Origin: Lentisphaerae bacterium GWF2_50_93
Lineage (GTDB): Bacteria > Verrucomicrobiota > Lentisphaeria > Victivallales > GWF2-50-93
DNA: 64,000 nt
Direction of reading: 5' to 3'
Assembly (NCBI GenBank): GCA_001804815.1
Contig: MHBI01000101.1
Coordinates: 44,791-108,790 of the forward strand
Each line of letters opens with the position of its first letter. Positions within the stretch are counted from its first letter, which is position 1. The notes below the pieces were generated by a model. That model did no database searches. It saw only the letters and a program-made list of their open reading frames with translations, and was not told where the DNA came from. Of the stretch, positions 19,526 to 30,016 are shown one piece after another. The translations under genes were made by a program, and so were the position numbers.

Positions 19526-20845
19526 TTGGACTCAAAAACAATGGATATTGATAGATATAGGAACTTCCATTTTATCGGATGCGGCGGTGCCGGAATGGTA
19601 GGTCTCGCCCTCATAATGCACGAAAAAGGATTCAGGGTTTCCGGCTCAGACCTGAAGGCCAGCCTCAACACAGGCGTCCTGCAGGAAAAGGGAATCCGTG
19701 TTTCCATCGGACACAGCCCGTCAAATCTTCCCGAAGATAAAAATACATTCATTGTCCGTTCATCTGCCATCTCGGAAAGCAACCCCGAATTCGCCGCCGC
19801 AATTCCACGCGGCCTCCCGCATCTCCGCAGAGGGGAATTCCTCGCCGAGATCGCAAAGTCATATGAACTTGTCATATCCGTCGCCGGCTGCCACGGCAAG
19901 ACAAGCGTCACCGGACTCATTGCCCATATCCTCAGGAAGTGCGGGGAAAAACCCGGATTCATGGTTGGAGGGAAAGTCACCGGATGGAAATATTCAGGCG
20001 GCGCCGGCGATGGAAGGATATTCGTCACTGAATCCGATGAAAGCGACGGCACCCAGATACATCTCAGCAGCAACATCGCGGTCGTAAACAATGTCGAGGA
20101 CGATCACAGCTGGAGCGTCGGAGGTGAACAGATCCTGTACGACAATTTTGCGAAATTCGCGGAAAACTCCAAAAAACTCATCTATGCCCCGAGTCCGCTT
20201 GCCGACAAGATCTTCGCCTTCCATAAGAATAAAAACTCTCTCGACTTAAAAGGACTTTCTGCGAAGTTCGCAGACATGAAAGAATGGGGCGGATTCCAGA
20301 AAATCAACGCCGCAGTCGCAGTAGAGGCCGTTGCGGAAGCTGGAATCGACAGGCAGGAAGCAGGGAAACATGCCAGGACATTCCCGGGCATTGAAAGAAG
20401 GATGTCTGAAAGATATCAGAAGGATGATTTTCACCTCATAGAAGACTATGCCCACCATCCGACGGAAGTTGCCGCGTCAATCGCCGCGCTTCGTGAAAGG
20501 TTTCCCGGACATTTCCTCCGAGTAGTATTCCAGCCGCACCGTTACGCGCGCCTCGAGAAATATATAGATCAGCTGGCCTGCGAACTTCGCAAGGCCGACG
20601 AGGTGATAGTCGTCCCCGTATTCGCCGCCTGGAGCGAGAAAGGCAAAGTCTCATCCGAGGATCTCGTCCGCAAAATCGGAAAGACCGCTAAATCCGCAGA
20701 TTCTGACTGGAAGCCCCTCGCAAAGTCGCTTCTTGAAACAAAACGCGAAAAGGAAATCTTGGCCATAATCGGCGCAGGCGACATTGATGAAATCATAACT
20801 ATATTGGCAAAAATATTTAATTCGGAGAATGGCAATGCTGGATAA
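19526..20845 (+). CDS. murC: UDP-N-acetylmuramate--L-alanine ligase-like Mur ligase
   Basis: 439 aa with the motifs 'FHFIGCGGAGM', 'AGCHGKTS', 'DYAHHPTE' and 'FQPHRYAR'. It is not in a dcw context within this window, so Mpl-type function cannot be excluded. Confidence 0.75.
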   Translation: MDSKTMDIDRYRNFHFIGCGGAGMVGLALIMHEKGFRVSGSDLKASLNTGVLQEKGIRVSIGHSPSNLPEDKNTFIVRSSAISESNPEFAAAIPRGLPHLRRGEFLAEIAKSYELVISVAGCHGKTSVTGLIAHILRKCGEKPGFMVGGKVTGWKYSGGAGDGRIFVTESDESDGTQIHLSSNIAVVNNVEDDHSWSVGGEQILYDNFAKFAENSKKLIYAPSPLADKIFAFHKNKNSLDLKGLSAKFADMKEWGGFQKINAAVAVEAVAEAGIDRQEAGKHARTFPGIERRMSERYQKDDFHLIEDYAHHPTEVAASIAALRERFPGHFLRVVFQPHRYARLEKYIDQLACELRKADEVIVVPVFAAWSEKGKVSSEDLVRKIGKTAKSADSDWKPLAKSLLETKREKEILAIIGAGDIDEIITILAKIFNSENGNAG

Positions 20846-22346
20846 TGTCGCCTTTGACAATGAGAAATATATCAGTGAACAGACATCGGAGATCCTGGAA
20901 CGCGTCAAGATGTTCAACAACAAGCTTTATCTGGAGTTCGGAGGCAAGCTTCTCTTCGACTACCATGCATCGAGGGTATTGCCGGGATACGATCCGAACG
21001 TCAAGATGAGACTGCTCCAGCAGCTAAAGGATTCCGCCGACATCATCCTGTGCATTTTCGCCGGAGACATTGAAAGGAGGAAGATCAGGGCCGACTTCGG
21101 AATCACCTATGACAGCGACGCCCTCAAGATCATCGACGACCTGCGCGAATGGGGCATAGAAGTTACAGCCGTGGTCATAACTCGCTTCGACAACCAGCCA
21201 TCTGCCGTACTTTTCAAAAACAAGCTGGAACGCCGTAACATCAAGGTCTACACCCATTACGCCATTAAAGGATATCCGGCCGACATCGACATAATTGTCA
21301 GCAAGGACGGCTATGGCAAGAACCCGTACATCGAGACTACGAAGCCATTGGTGGTAGTAACAGGTCCCGGCCCGGGAAGCGGAAAACTTTCGACCTGCCT
21401 CTCCCAGCTTTACCACGAACACAAGCAAGGCAAGAATGCAGGCTATGCGAAGTTCGAGACATTTCCGATATGGAACCTTCCTCTGAAACATCCCGTCAAC
21501 ATCGCATACGAAGCTGCAACCGCGGATCTGCGCGATGTGAACATGATCGATCCTTTCCATCTCGAGGCATACGGCAAAACGACCGTCAACTACAACCGCG
21601 ACATCGAGATTTTCCCTGTCATAAGCAGGGTGCTTGAGGCGATAACCGAATCAAAGGTGTACAGATCCCCCACCGACATGGGCGTAAACAAGGTCGGGTT
21701 CGCAATAACCGACGACAAGGGCGCATGCTATGCGGCGAAGCAGGAGACGATCCGCCGTTTCTTCAGGTACAGGTGCGAATACGCGATGGGTGTTGCCGAC
21801 ATCGAGACAGTGAACCGCGCACAGGTCATCATGAGGGAGTTAAACATAGGCGAATCCGACAGGAAAGTCGTTGAACCTGCGCGAAAAGCTGCAGAGGAAC
21901 GGCGTGCCGGCAAAGGCAGTGAAGGCATTTTCTGCGGAGCCGCACTGGAGCTAAAAAGCAGTGAAATCATAACCGGAAAGAACTCCCCGCAGTTCCATGC
22001 ATCGTCCAGCCTCGTGCTTAACGCCATAAAGACTCTCGCCGGACTTCCCGACAGAATACATCTGCTTTCACCGCAGATCATCGACTCGATACATAATTTG
22101 AAGAAGAACATTCTCGGTGCAAAGAACCCGAGCCTGGATCTCGAGGAAACCCTGACCGCCCTATGCATCTGCGCAATAACCAATCCGACGGCCCAGGAAG
22201 CCATGGAAAAGCTCAAGGAGCTCCACGGTTGCGAGATGCACATGACGCATCTGCCGGCGACCGGCGACGAAGGCGGACTCAGGCGTCTCGGCGTCAACCT
22301 CACGACGGATCCGAATTTCGCCTCTAAGAACCTGTTCATCAAATAA
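20829..22346 (+). CDS. DUF1846 (UPF0371) family protein
   Basis: 505 aa. 'FDNEKYISEQ...LYLEFGGKLLFDYHASRVLPGYDPN' is the N-terminal hallmark of this family. The gene overlaps the murC-like gene by 17 nt. Confidence 0.8.
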   Translation: MAMLDNVAFDNEKYISEQTSEILERVKMFNNKLYLEFGGKLLFDYHASRVLPGYDPNVKMRLLQQLKDSADIILCIFAGDIERRKIRADFGITYDSDALKIIDDLREWGIEVTAVVITRFDNQPSAVLFKNKLERRNIKVYTHYAIKGYPADIDIIVSKDGYGKNPYIETTKPLVVVTGPGPGSGKLSTCLSQLYHEHKQGKNAGYAKFETFPIWNLPLKHPVNIAYEAATADLRDVNMIDPFHLEAYGKTTVNYNRDIEIFPVISRVLEAITESKVYRSPTDMGVNKVGFAITDDKGACYAAKQETIRRFFRYRCEYAMGVADIETVNRAQVIMRELNIGESDRKVVEPARKAAEERRAGKGSEGIFCGAALELKSSEIITGKNSPQFHASSSLVLNAIKTLAGLPDRIHLLSPQIIDSIHNLKKNILGAKNPSLDLEETLTALCICAITNPTAQEAMEKLKELHGCEMHMTHLPATGDEGGLRRLGVNLTTDPNFASKNLFIK

Positions 22347-22447
22347 AGGCGCCATCTAAATTTTCTTCACGAAAATGCTATATGTTTTGACTTTTGCGAA
22401 TCAATCGTTATTGTTAGGGTTTTACAACCCCTAACGAATAAGAAACC

Positions 22448-24046
22448 ATGACAAAACATATATTTGTGACCGGAGGAGTTGTCTCCTCTCTCGGCAAAGG
22501 AATTACGGCGGCCTCAATAGCGGTTCTCCTGAAAAGACGCGGATACCGCATCAAGATGCAGAAACTGGATCCCTACCTTAATGTTGATCCAGGTACGATG
22601 TCCCCCTTCCAGCACGGCGAAGTCTACGTTACGGACGATGGCGCCGAGACCGACCTTGACCTCGGGCACTACGAGCGTTTCGCGGAAATCACCTGCTCCA
22701 GGCAGAGCAACTACACCACGGGAAGCATATACAGCGCCGTCATCTCCCGCGAACGCGAAGGCGGCTACCTAGGAAAGACAGTTCAGGTCATTCCACATAT
22801 AACCGACGAGATAAAGAAAGCCATTTCAAAGCTTGACGGCGACGATGTCGACATAGCGATAACCGAGATAGGCGGTACGGTCGGCGACATCGAATCTCTT
22901 CCATTCCTCGAGGCGATCCGGCAATACCGCCACAAGATCGGGCGGGAGAACGGCCTGTTCATACACCTTACCCTTGTTCCTTATATAAAGGCGGCAGGTG
23001 AGATGAAGACGAAGCCTTCCCAGCAGTCCGTAGGGATCCTCCAGGAAATAGGTATTGTTCCCGACATTCTGGTCTGCCGTTGCGAGCGCCCTCTTTCCGA
23101 AGACCACAAGGAGAAGCTATCCCTATTCTGCAATGTCAAGAAGGAGCTCGTGATCGAAGAACAGGATGTCAAGCATTCCATCTATGAGGTGCCGATCGAG
23201 CTTGCCAAACAGGACATAGACAAATACATACTCGAACTTTTCAATCTCCATGTGAACGACCTGAAGATGGACGACTGGATAAAGATGGTCGACACCGTGG
23301 TCAACCCAAAATCCGGAAGCGTTGAAATCGCCGTGGTCGGAAAATACACCAGCCTGAGGGATTCCTACAAGAGCATCTACGAGGCCATCATCCATGGAGG
23401 CATAGCCAACGACGTAAAAGTCCATATCCGCATGCTCGAATCAGAGGACATCGAAAAACATTCCGCCGAAAAATATCTGTCCGGCGTCGACGGCATCCTC
23501 ATACCAGGCGGATTCGGCGACAGGGGCATTGAAGGGAAAATACAGACCGCTAAATACGCAAGGGAGAACAGGATTCCATTTTTCGGAATATGCCTCGGCA
23601 TGCAGTGCGCCGTAATTGAATTTGGCCGGAACGTGCTCAAATACAAGAACGCCAACAGCTCCGAATTCAATCCGAAGACAAAATATCCTGTGATCGATCT
23701 CATGGCGGAACAGAAGAAGGTCACCGCCAAAGGCGGCACGATGAGGCTCGGACAGTATCCATGCTTAATAAAGTCAAAGACAAAGGCCGCCGCGGCATAC
23801 GGTTCATTGAAAATCAACGAACGCCACCGCCACCGCTACGAGTTCAATCCAGCATACAAGAAGTCTTACGAGAAGAAGGGCATGGTCTTTGCAGGCATCA
23901 ATCCGAGCACCAAGCTTACAGAGATAATTGAGCTTACGGACCACCCGTGGTTCGTGGCCTGCCAGTTCCATCCGGAATTCAAATCCACGCCCCTTTCGGC
24001 ACATCCACTATTCAGGGATTTCATTAAGGCGGCGGCAAAGAAGTAG
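22448..24046 (+). CDS. pyrG: CTP synthase
   Basis: 532 aa with '[16 protein letters not shown]' and the GATase motif 'GICLGMQ'. Confidence 0.97.
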   Translation: MTKHIFVTGGVVSSLGKGITAASIAVLLKRRGYRIKMQKLDPYLNVDPGTMSPFQHGEVYVTDDGAETDLDLGHYERFAEITCSRQSNYTTGSIYSAVISREREGGYLGKTVQVIPHITDEIKKAISKLDGDDVDIAITEIGGTVGDIESLPFLEAIRQYRHKIGRENGLFIHLTLVPYIKAAGEMKTKPSQQSVGILQEIGIVPDILVCRCERPLSEDHKEKLSLFCNVKKELVIEEQDVKHSIYEVPIELAKQDIDKYILELFNLHVNDLKMDDWIKMVDTVVNPKSGSVEIAVVGKYTSLRDSYKSIYEAIIHGGIANDVKVHIRMLESEDIEKHSAEKYLSGVDGILIPGGFGDRGIEGKIQTAKYARENRIPFFGICLGMQCAVIEFGRNVLKYKNANSSEFNPKTKYPVIDLMAEQKKVTAKGGTMRLGQYPCLIKSKTKAAAAYGSLKINERHRHRYEFNPAYKKSYEKKGMVFAGINPSTKLTEIIELTDHPWFVACQFHPEFKSTPLSAHPLFRDFIKAAAKK

Positions 24047-24088
24047 GGCGAACTTTCCAGCCCGTTCATTTTTCCAGAAGCTGGAAAA

Positions 24089-24502
24089 TTATATTCCGAA
24101 AGGATTGATAGCCCTGATTCCGGAATACATCTGTCCTGTATTCAAGTCTTCAGTCATTATAGAATCGCAACTGGCCATTTCGGCAGTGGCTATTATCCCC
24201 GCATCCCAGAAATTTATCTGATATAATTTCTGAAGCTCGACGCTTCTTTTGACTATATCTGCGGTAACGCTGACGGTTTCGAGATTCCCAAGAAGGGTTA
24301 TCTGCCTCATTATTACAGAGTGATCCTGTCCGAGCTTTTTAATTGCCACATGTGCATATTCCTGTAGAACCTGGGTGGAAATAACTCCATTCCCGTCCAA
24401 CATCAGTTTCTTTATCAAAGCAAGTGATAGGGACTGTTTCTTTCTGTCCCTGGAATCGTTCGCATAGATGATGATGTTTGTGTCAATGAAGATTTTTTTC
24501 AT
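24089..24502 (-). CDS. vapC: PIN-domain toxin (VapC-type)
   Basis: 137 aa. 'IFIDTNIIIY' carries the first acidic residue, followed by 'LQEY', 'FWDAGI' and 'MTED'. It lies 3 nt downstream of a small antitoxin ORF. Confidence 0.85.
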   Translation of the reverse strand: MKKIFIDTNIIIYANDSRDRKKQSLSLALIKKLMLDGNGVISTQVLQEYAHVAIKKLGQDHSVIMRQITLLGNLETVSVTADIVKRSVELQKLYQINFWDAGIIATAEMASCDSIMTEDLNTGQMYSGIRAINPFGI

Positions 24503-24505
24503 GGA

Positions 24506-24733
24506 TTATCTCTCGTGGATTTCATCCCTGTCGAACTTATATCCCGAAGGAGATCTTCCAGCTTTGGTTGAGGCAAGGCTTTCAAATTCGTCTGCAGTGC
24601 TTGAAGAGCTTGCGCTTCCGGTGATTTTTGATAAATAACTTCTCACAAGAGAGTTTAGTGTCGTATTGTTTTTCCTGGCGTATCTCCTGCTCTTTACAAT
24701 AAGCCCCTTATCTGCTGAAAGTGTGATATTCAT
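24506..24733 (-). CDS. RHH/DUF6364-like antitoxin (75 aa)
   Basis: RBS AGGAGG precedes the ATG at 24733. 'MNITLSADKGLIVKSRRYARKNNTTLNSLVRSYL' fits an RHH-type antitoxin. The 154-aa ORF in the track is an unsupported 5' extension. Confidence 0.7.
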   Translation of the reverse strand: MNITLSADKGLIVKSRRYARKNNTTLNSLVRSYLSKITGSASSSSTADEFESLASTKAGRSPSGYKFDRDEIHER

Positions 24734-25012
24734 ACCGTACCTCCTGTTGTCTATTATGTGTTGTATGTGTACAAATATATCACCTTGAATAATACAGACA
24801 AGGATTTCGGAAAAGAAATTAGAATATACATCGTAATCTTCCAAGGACTGACAAAGCACCTTCAGCTCGCGAAGCGTATACCTGCACTCTTTCTCCATTC
24901 CAGCACGTAATTTCTTGTCTTTGAGCAAATTAACGAAATGAGGTATATATTGAACTATGAAAAATACCATCCTTTGAAGAAATCATGATTTAAAAAATTT
25001 GGACAAATTTTT

Positions 25013-25972
25013 ATGCCGAACAAACAGCTTGACAGCTTCCTGAGCTATCTCCGGAACGAACGCCAGGCCTCGGAACATACTGCGGAAAGCTACAGAATGG
25101 ACATCGAGCAGTTCGCAAGGATGGTATTGAAGAAGGACATCCGAGAGAATCCCGAGTCCGTGAACTGGAACGATGTCAGCGTATTCAGCGCCAGGCTCTT
25201 CATCATGGAACTCCAGAAGAATGAGATCACCAAGACTTCCACGCTCAGGAAGATTTCATCGCTGAGATCATTCTTCAGGTTCATGGTGCGCGAGGAGTTC
25301 GTGAAGCAGAATCCATTCTCCGGACTTACTTCGCCAAAAAAGGAAAAACGTCTTCCGAAATACATGTCGGTGGATGAAGTCGGAAATCTCCTTGACGCAC
25401 CTGCAAAATTCTGGCAGACGGCAAAGGAAAACAAGACTTCAAAGGACGATGATTCCGCGAACTTCGCATCCGCCAGGGACTCCGCCATCCTTGAAGTCAT
25501 CTACAGCGGAGGACTCCGTATCAGCGAGGCGCTGGGAATCAACATAGGCGACATCGACATCATCAACGATATCGTAAAAGTAAAAGGAAAAGGCAAGAAG
25601 GAACGTATTGCAGCACTGGGAAAACCCGCCTCTTTGGCACTTTCAAGATATTTCAAGATCCGCGAAATCCGCAACTCCAGCAGCAGCCAGTCATCGCCTG
25701 TCTTTGTGAACAAGGACGGCTCAAGAATATCCTCCCGTTCATTCCAGAGGAATTTCAAGCAGTACCTGATCACCGCAGGCCTGCCAGCCGACATGACCCC
25801 GCACAAGCTGCGCCACTCTTTTGCAACACACATGCTGAACGCCGGTGCGGACATGCGGAGCGTGCAGGAACTCCTCGGACATGCGAACCTGAGCACGACA
25901 CAGATCTATACACATGTCACCGCAGAACGCCTCAAAGTCGAATATTCCAAGGCCCATCCACGGGCGAAATAG
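25013..25972 (+). CDS. Tyrosine recombinase, XerC/XerD family
   Basis: 319 aa. The N-terminal SAM-like domain has 'FLSYLRNERQASEHTAESY'. The catalytic region has 'HKLRHSFATHML' and 'LGHANLSTTQIYTHV'. Confidence 0.85.
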   Translation: MPNKQLDSFLSYLRNERQASEHTAESYRMDIEQFARMVLKKDIRENPESVNWNDVSVFSARLFIMELQKNEITKTSTLRKISSLRSFFRFMVREEFVKQNPFSGLTSPKKEKRLPKYMSVDEVGNLLDAPAKFWQTAKENKTSKDDDSANFASARDSAILEVIYSGGLRISEALGINIGDIDIINDIVKVKGKGKKERIAALGKPASLALSRYFKIREIRNSSSSQSSPVFVNKDGSRISSRSFQRNFKQYLITAGLPADMTPHKLRHSFATHMLNAGADMRSVQELLGHANLSTTQIYTHVTAERLKVEYSKAHPRAK

Positions 25973-26082
25973 ATTGTGCGTGTGAATCCAGTCACCCTAC
26001 ACTATCAACTATTGGTTTTGAGGGATAATATGTCGGAAAGGGATGTCCGCGATCCAAACATTTTTGAAGAATCAAGCAGGAT

Positions 26083-27465
26083 CTATTTCAGCTCCGGCAG
26101 GTAGTCGGCCTGCAGCCTGAGCATGAGATCCAGGCATTTCTCCGCCTGCGACGGCGAGTCTACCACCGGATCAAGGAGGAGCGCCTGCAGCAGGAGCCTC
26201 TTCGATTTTTCGGCATATGCCTGCACCAGCAGCTTCTGAATCGCATTCTGCCGCCTGATCATCGCGGCAAATCCTTCCGGCAGTTCACCGATGGTCTCCG
26301 GATGCGCGCCGTCCTTGTCGAAGACGGCAGGCACTTCGACGCAGGCGTCCTTTGCGAGGTTCGCAATGTATCCTCCGGTATTGAGGACGTTCACCGCGTT
26401 CCTCCACTTCTTCCTGTCGAGAACCATGTCGCCTATCGCCGGGACCGCAAGCTCGCCGGACGGGCAGACAAACTTGTCGTCGAGCTTCCTTTTGCCGGTG
26501 ACATAGTCGTCGACGTAATGGCAGTGCTCGCTCTTCAGGAAGCTTTCCACATCGAATCCGTGCGGGCTGCCCCAGGAAGCATAGACATCTTCCGCGACTA
26601 TCGGCCTGTTCCAGCCGAAAACCTTCCTGTTCTCGACGCCGAAAAGCCAGCGCGGCTCGACAAGCTCATGCGCATAACCAATGTATTCGCCCTCGTGGTC
26701 GGCCGAAACTATTCCGACGACCCCGAACTTCTCGAACAGGTGTTTTGACACATCGTTCCCGAGGAGTTCCGGCTTCTCAGCCAGCCTCTTCTCGAATTCC
26801 TTCCTGAGATCTTTTCCGGTCTTCCTGTCGGAAATCCTATAGTAGGTGAAGAAATGGTTCATGCCTGCGGAACGTATGTCCAGCTCCTCGGATTTCCTGC
26901 CAAGGACCTGGCACACCTTGTGGATGAGCCCATAGAACCCATGGCACATTCCTACTGCGCGCACCTTGGTCAGCTTCAGGATGGCGGTCAGTATCCTGGC
27001 CTCGGGATTCGTGAAGTTGATAAGAGTGGCATCGGGGCAGATCCTCTCGATGTCCCTGCATATCGGGATTATGATGTTGTAGTTCCTGAGAGCATGGAAA
27101 AGCGCACCCGGCCCGCCGTTCTCACCGAACACGTGCTTCATGCCGAAACTGAACGGGATCCTGAAATCCTGCTCCCACAGCTCCATCCTCTTCACAGCCA
27201 CCGACGTTATCACGAAATCCGCGCCCTTGAGCGCAATCTTCCTGTCAGTCTCAGCGGAGAACTTCACTTTTGACTTCTTGAATTCCGCAACCCTCCGGGC
27301 ATAGTTGTACATCACCTTGAGGCGCTTCTCATCAATATCCACGAGCACCACATGCAGTCCGGCCGCGGAGACAAGCTCCTTCTCCAGCACGATATCGTTC
27401 ACAACCCTCCGGGCGAAATCCCTGCTTCCGGCACCTATCAGCACAATCTTGATATCATTCTTCAT
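26083..27465 (-). CDS. Glycoside hydrolase family 4-like NAD+/Mn2+ enzyme (second paralog)
   Basis: 460 aa with the motifs 'IVLIGAGS', 'NFTNPE', 'VGMCHG' and 'AGMNHF'. Confidence 0.75.
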   Translation of the reverse strand: MKNDIKIVLIGAGSRDFARRVVNDIVLEKELVSAAGLHVVLVDIDEKRLKVMYNYARRVAEFKKSKVKFSAETDRKIALKGADFVITSVAVKRMELWEQDFRIPFSFGMKHVFGENGGPGALFHALRNYNIIIPICRDIERICPDATLINFTNPEARILTAILKLTKVRAVGMCHGFYGLIHKVCQVLGRKSEELDIRSAGMNHFFTYYRISDRKTGKDLRKEFEKRLAEKPELLGNDVSKHLFEKFGVVGIVSADHEGEYIGYAHELVEPRWLFGVENRKVFGWNRPIVAEDVYASWGSPHGFDVESFLKSEHCHYVDDYVTGKRKLDDKFVCPSGELAVPAIGDMVLDRKKWRNAVNVLNTGGYIANLAKDACVEVPAVFDKDGAHPETIGELPEGFAAMIRRQNAIQKLLVQAYAEKSKRLLLQALLLDPVVDSPSQAEKCLDLMLRLQADYLPELK

Positions 27466-27491
27466 GGCAGTTCCTCCATATCTTAAAATAT

Positions 27492-28919
27492 TTATTTACC
27501 AAGCTCAGTTTTCGCCGTTCCAACAATCCGCGCAAGTTCCTCCTCAAGGTCGCGCGGGAGCGGCTGCGGCTCATGTGACGCGAGCAGCTTTTCCTTGCGG
27601 ACTTCACATTCCGATTCGAGATCGCCGGCGCCCTTCGCCTTCCATGCTTCATAGAAGTTCCTGTCGAGCATTTCCGGAAACCAGAGCTCGTTTCTGAAAT
27701 GCTCAGCCGTATGCATCTTGTCGATGAACGTACCTTTGGGTCCGGCTTCAGCCATCACATCGAACCCGAAGGCCTCATCCGAAAAATCCATCTTCCTGTT
27801 GACGCTTTCCACATATGATATTATTTCGTCCTGCAGGACAAGCATGTCGAGGGAGGAAGCCTGGTCGACACCGCAGATCCCCATGTGCCCGAAGATGTCA
27901 GCTCCTGCGGATGCACCAAGTGCGAGAGTGACTCCGCTCTCGAGCCCAGCCTGGGCGTCGGGCCGCTTTGAATCCGTGAGCCCTACATTTATATATACAG
28001 GCAGGCCGTAATGCCTGCCCATCTGCGTCATCGCCACTCCGAAGATCGCCTGTTCCGGGCCACCGAATATAAGCTGTGTCGTGGACATGTCGAACGCATG
28101 GCATATTCCACCGTAGCATACGGGCATACCCTCTTTGACCAGCTGGGTGATGCATATTCCCGCCAGTATCTCGGCGTTCTCCTGCGCCATCGTTCCTGCG
28201 AGAGTCGCAGGCGCGGAAAGGCCTGTCTGCGCCATCGGCCCGACCGGCACCGGCATGTTCAGCTTCGATGTCTCGTACAGCAGATCGATCCCGTTGAACG
28301 GAAACGACAGGGGGCTGATCGGCTCAAGGAAAGGATAGCAGAGCGGTTTTTCAATTGCCTCCTTGACGCCTCCCCTCACAGCTACGACAATCTCGTTCAG
28401 ATATTTCGCCGAAGCCCTGTCATGGAACCAGAATGTCACAGGCTTCGCCGTGTTCCTCAGCATTTCCGCGAATACCGCAACGCACCGCCATTCAACAGGA
28501 AGTTCGTGCGGATCGGACATCGCGCCAGGTATCCCGATGTGTGGCAGCGCGTCAGCAAGCCGTACCGCCTTTGCTACATCCGGAAGCGTGGCATATCTGC
28601 GATCCTCGCAGGGTTTTTCGATCCACAGCGCCTCGCCTGCGGAGGAATTGTAGTTCCTGCCGCCATAACCGAACGATGCTGTGATGGAAGCATCACGTCC
28701 ATATAGCACATATTTCTTTCCAGCCGTGCCCAGGCATCTGCGCACAAGCTCCTCCGGTATGAAGACCTGCTTCGTGTTGAAATCCACCTTCGCGCCGGAA
28801 TCCATGAACCTTCCGAGCATCTCGTCGTGCGGAACATGCACGCCTATCTCCGACAGTATCCTCATCGAGACTTCGTGGATTTTCCTGATCTGTATAATGT
28901 CCAACGCCTGGCTTATCAT
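27492..28919 (-). CDS. MttB-superfamily (trimethylamine methyltransferase-like) protein, non-pyrrolysine
   Basis: 475 aa, uninterrupted. 'IRKIHEVSMRILSEIGVHV', 'EPISPLSF', 'SAPATLAGTMAQENAEILAG' and 'GGPEQAIF...DSKRPDAQAGLES' match the MttB-family pattern. Confidence 0.8.
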   Translation of the reverse strand: MISQALDIIQIRKIHEVSMRILSEIGVHVPHDEMLGRFMDSGAKVDFNTKQVFIPEELVRRCLGTAGKKYVLYGRDASITASFGYGGRNYNSSAGEALWIEKPCEDRRYATLPDVAKAVRLADALPHIGIPGAMSDPHELPVEWRCVAVFAEMLRNTAKPVTFWFHDRASAKYLNEIVVAVRGGVKEAIEKPLCYPFLEPISPLSFPFNGIDLLYETSKLNMPVPVGPMAQTGLSAPATLAGTMAQENAEILAGICITQLVKEGMPVCYGGICHAFDMSTTQLIFGGPEQAIFGVAMTQMGRHYGLPVYINVGLTDSKRPDAQAGLESGVTLALGASAGADIFGHMGICGVDQASSLDMLVLQDEIISYVESVNRKMDFSDEAFGFDVMAEAGPKGTFIDKMHTAEHFRNELWFPEMLDRNFYEAWKAKGAGDLESECEVRKEKLLASHEPQPLPRDLEEELARIVGTAKTELGK

Positions 28920-28931
28920 GTTGACCTCATT

Positions 28932-29990
28932 TCATAGCTTATAGTTCATTGCCGTCTCGCGCATCGCCAGGAAATTCCCCAGCGGCACGATGTCCGACAC
29001 TTCAGTACTCGATCCGACAAGTATCCTGCCTTCAGTATCCTCGATCGCCCTGGTCACCGCGTCGGCGACCTGCTGCGGCGTGCCTTCCGGAAGAAGGTGC
29101 GTGACATCTATTCCTCCGGCAAAAAAGAGCCTGGGATATCTCCTGTGGAGATCCTTCAAATCCATTCCGGCATTGACATCGATCGGGTTCAGGATGTCAG
29201 CGCCCGACCTGACAATGCTGTCCACTATTGGATTTATATTGCCGTCCGAATGGTACATGACCAGTTTTCCCCTGGCGTGCACTGCGTCCGAAAGCCGCTT
29301 CACCCTCGGGAAGAATTCCCTGTCCAGCCATTCCGGACTGAACATCGGACCGCTGTTGAAGGCGATGTCCTCGCCGATGAATACCGCGCTGCACGGATCA
29401 TCCTCCGGCAGAAGTTCGACCCATCTGCAGGCCTTCTCGGTGAAGAGTTCGAGCTGCTCGATTATCACGTCCTCGCAGTCGGCAAGATAATAGCTGAACG
29501 ACTCGAGCCCGACCTCGTCATACAGGCACATCAGCCCCGGAGTAGGTATCGAGAGCACATAATAGTAGTCCGGCCCGAATATCTTTTGTTTGTCCATCTG
29601 CATACTGTACCAGGAATCACCGGCGGTGCTTTTCATTTCCGAAAGCTCCCGGCGTGCCACCGCCATCTCCTTCCTCTTGACTGAAGCATATTCTTCCGAA
29701 GAGGAAAATGCGCGGTGCTCCGTCCAGGTGGTCCATCGCTGGTAGCTGACCCTCCTGCCTTCGGGTGTCACCTCATCCCTGGGCCTCTGCGGCGCAAAGC
29801 ATGCGAACCTGGTCGAATCGGTCGCCTCCGCCACGGCGCGCGCTGCGGCATCGTCATCGCCTTCAGGCACAGGTCTGCCGCCGTTGAAATGGCCGAGGAC
29901 CGCGTCGTTCGGAATTATATCGTACAGAGGCATCCTGTCCGGTTTCAATCCGGCCAGGAGCTTCCTGACTCTTTCATATGAACCTTTCAT
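28932..29990 (-). CDS. Uroporphyrinogen-decarboxylase (URO-D)/MtaA-like family protein
   Basis: 352 aa. 'FIGEDIAFNSGPMFSPEW...VMYHSDGNINPIVDSIVRSGADILNPID...GGIDVTHLLPEGTPQQV' fits the URO-D TIM-barrel family. Confidence 0.7.
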   Translation of the reverse strand: MKGSYERVRKLLAGLKPDRMPLYDIIPNDAVLGHFNGGRPVPEGDDDAAARAVAEATDSTRFACFAPQRPRDEVTPEGRRVSYQRWTTWTEHRAFSSSEEYASVKRKEMAVARRELSEMKSTAGDSWYSMQMDKQKIFGPDYYYVLSIPTPGLMCLYDEVGLESFSYYLADCEDVIIEQLELFTEKACRWVELLPEDDPCSAVFIGEDIAFNSGPMFSPEWLDREFFPRVKRLSDAVHARGKLVMYHSDGNINPIVDSIVRSGADILNPIDVNAGMDLKDLHRRYPRLFFAGGIDVTHLLPEGTPQQVADAVTRAIEDTEGRILVGSSTEVSDIVPLGNFLAMRETAMNYKL

Positions 29991-30016
29991 GATCGTTTCC
30001 TCCTTTCAACAAATCT

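Noticed and set aside
22347-22447. The hairpin GTTAGGGTT-TTAC-AACCCCTAAC in the pyrG leader as a CTP-sensing attenuator.
   Set aside because: The hairpin is real, but it is not followed by a T-tract and I see no reiterative-transcription G-run. The evidence is too weak to call.
24734-24970. N-terminal 79 codons of the 154-aa ORF upstream of vapC.
   Set aside because: An AGGAGG RBS precedes the Met at 24733, and the 75-aa product matches antitoxin size and pattern. The extension has no support.
25973-26082. A dif-like Xer recombination site next to the xer gene.
   Set aside because: No 28-bp imperfect palindrome resembling known dif sites was evident in the flanking spacers.
27492-28919. Pyrrolysine (in-frame TAG) in the MttB-family gene.
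   Set aside because: The ORF is uninterrupted over 475 codons, so it belongs to the non-Pyl branch. No pyl genes are in the window.
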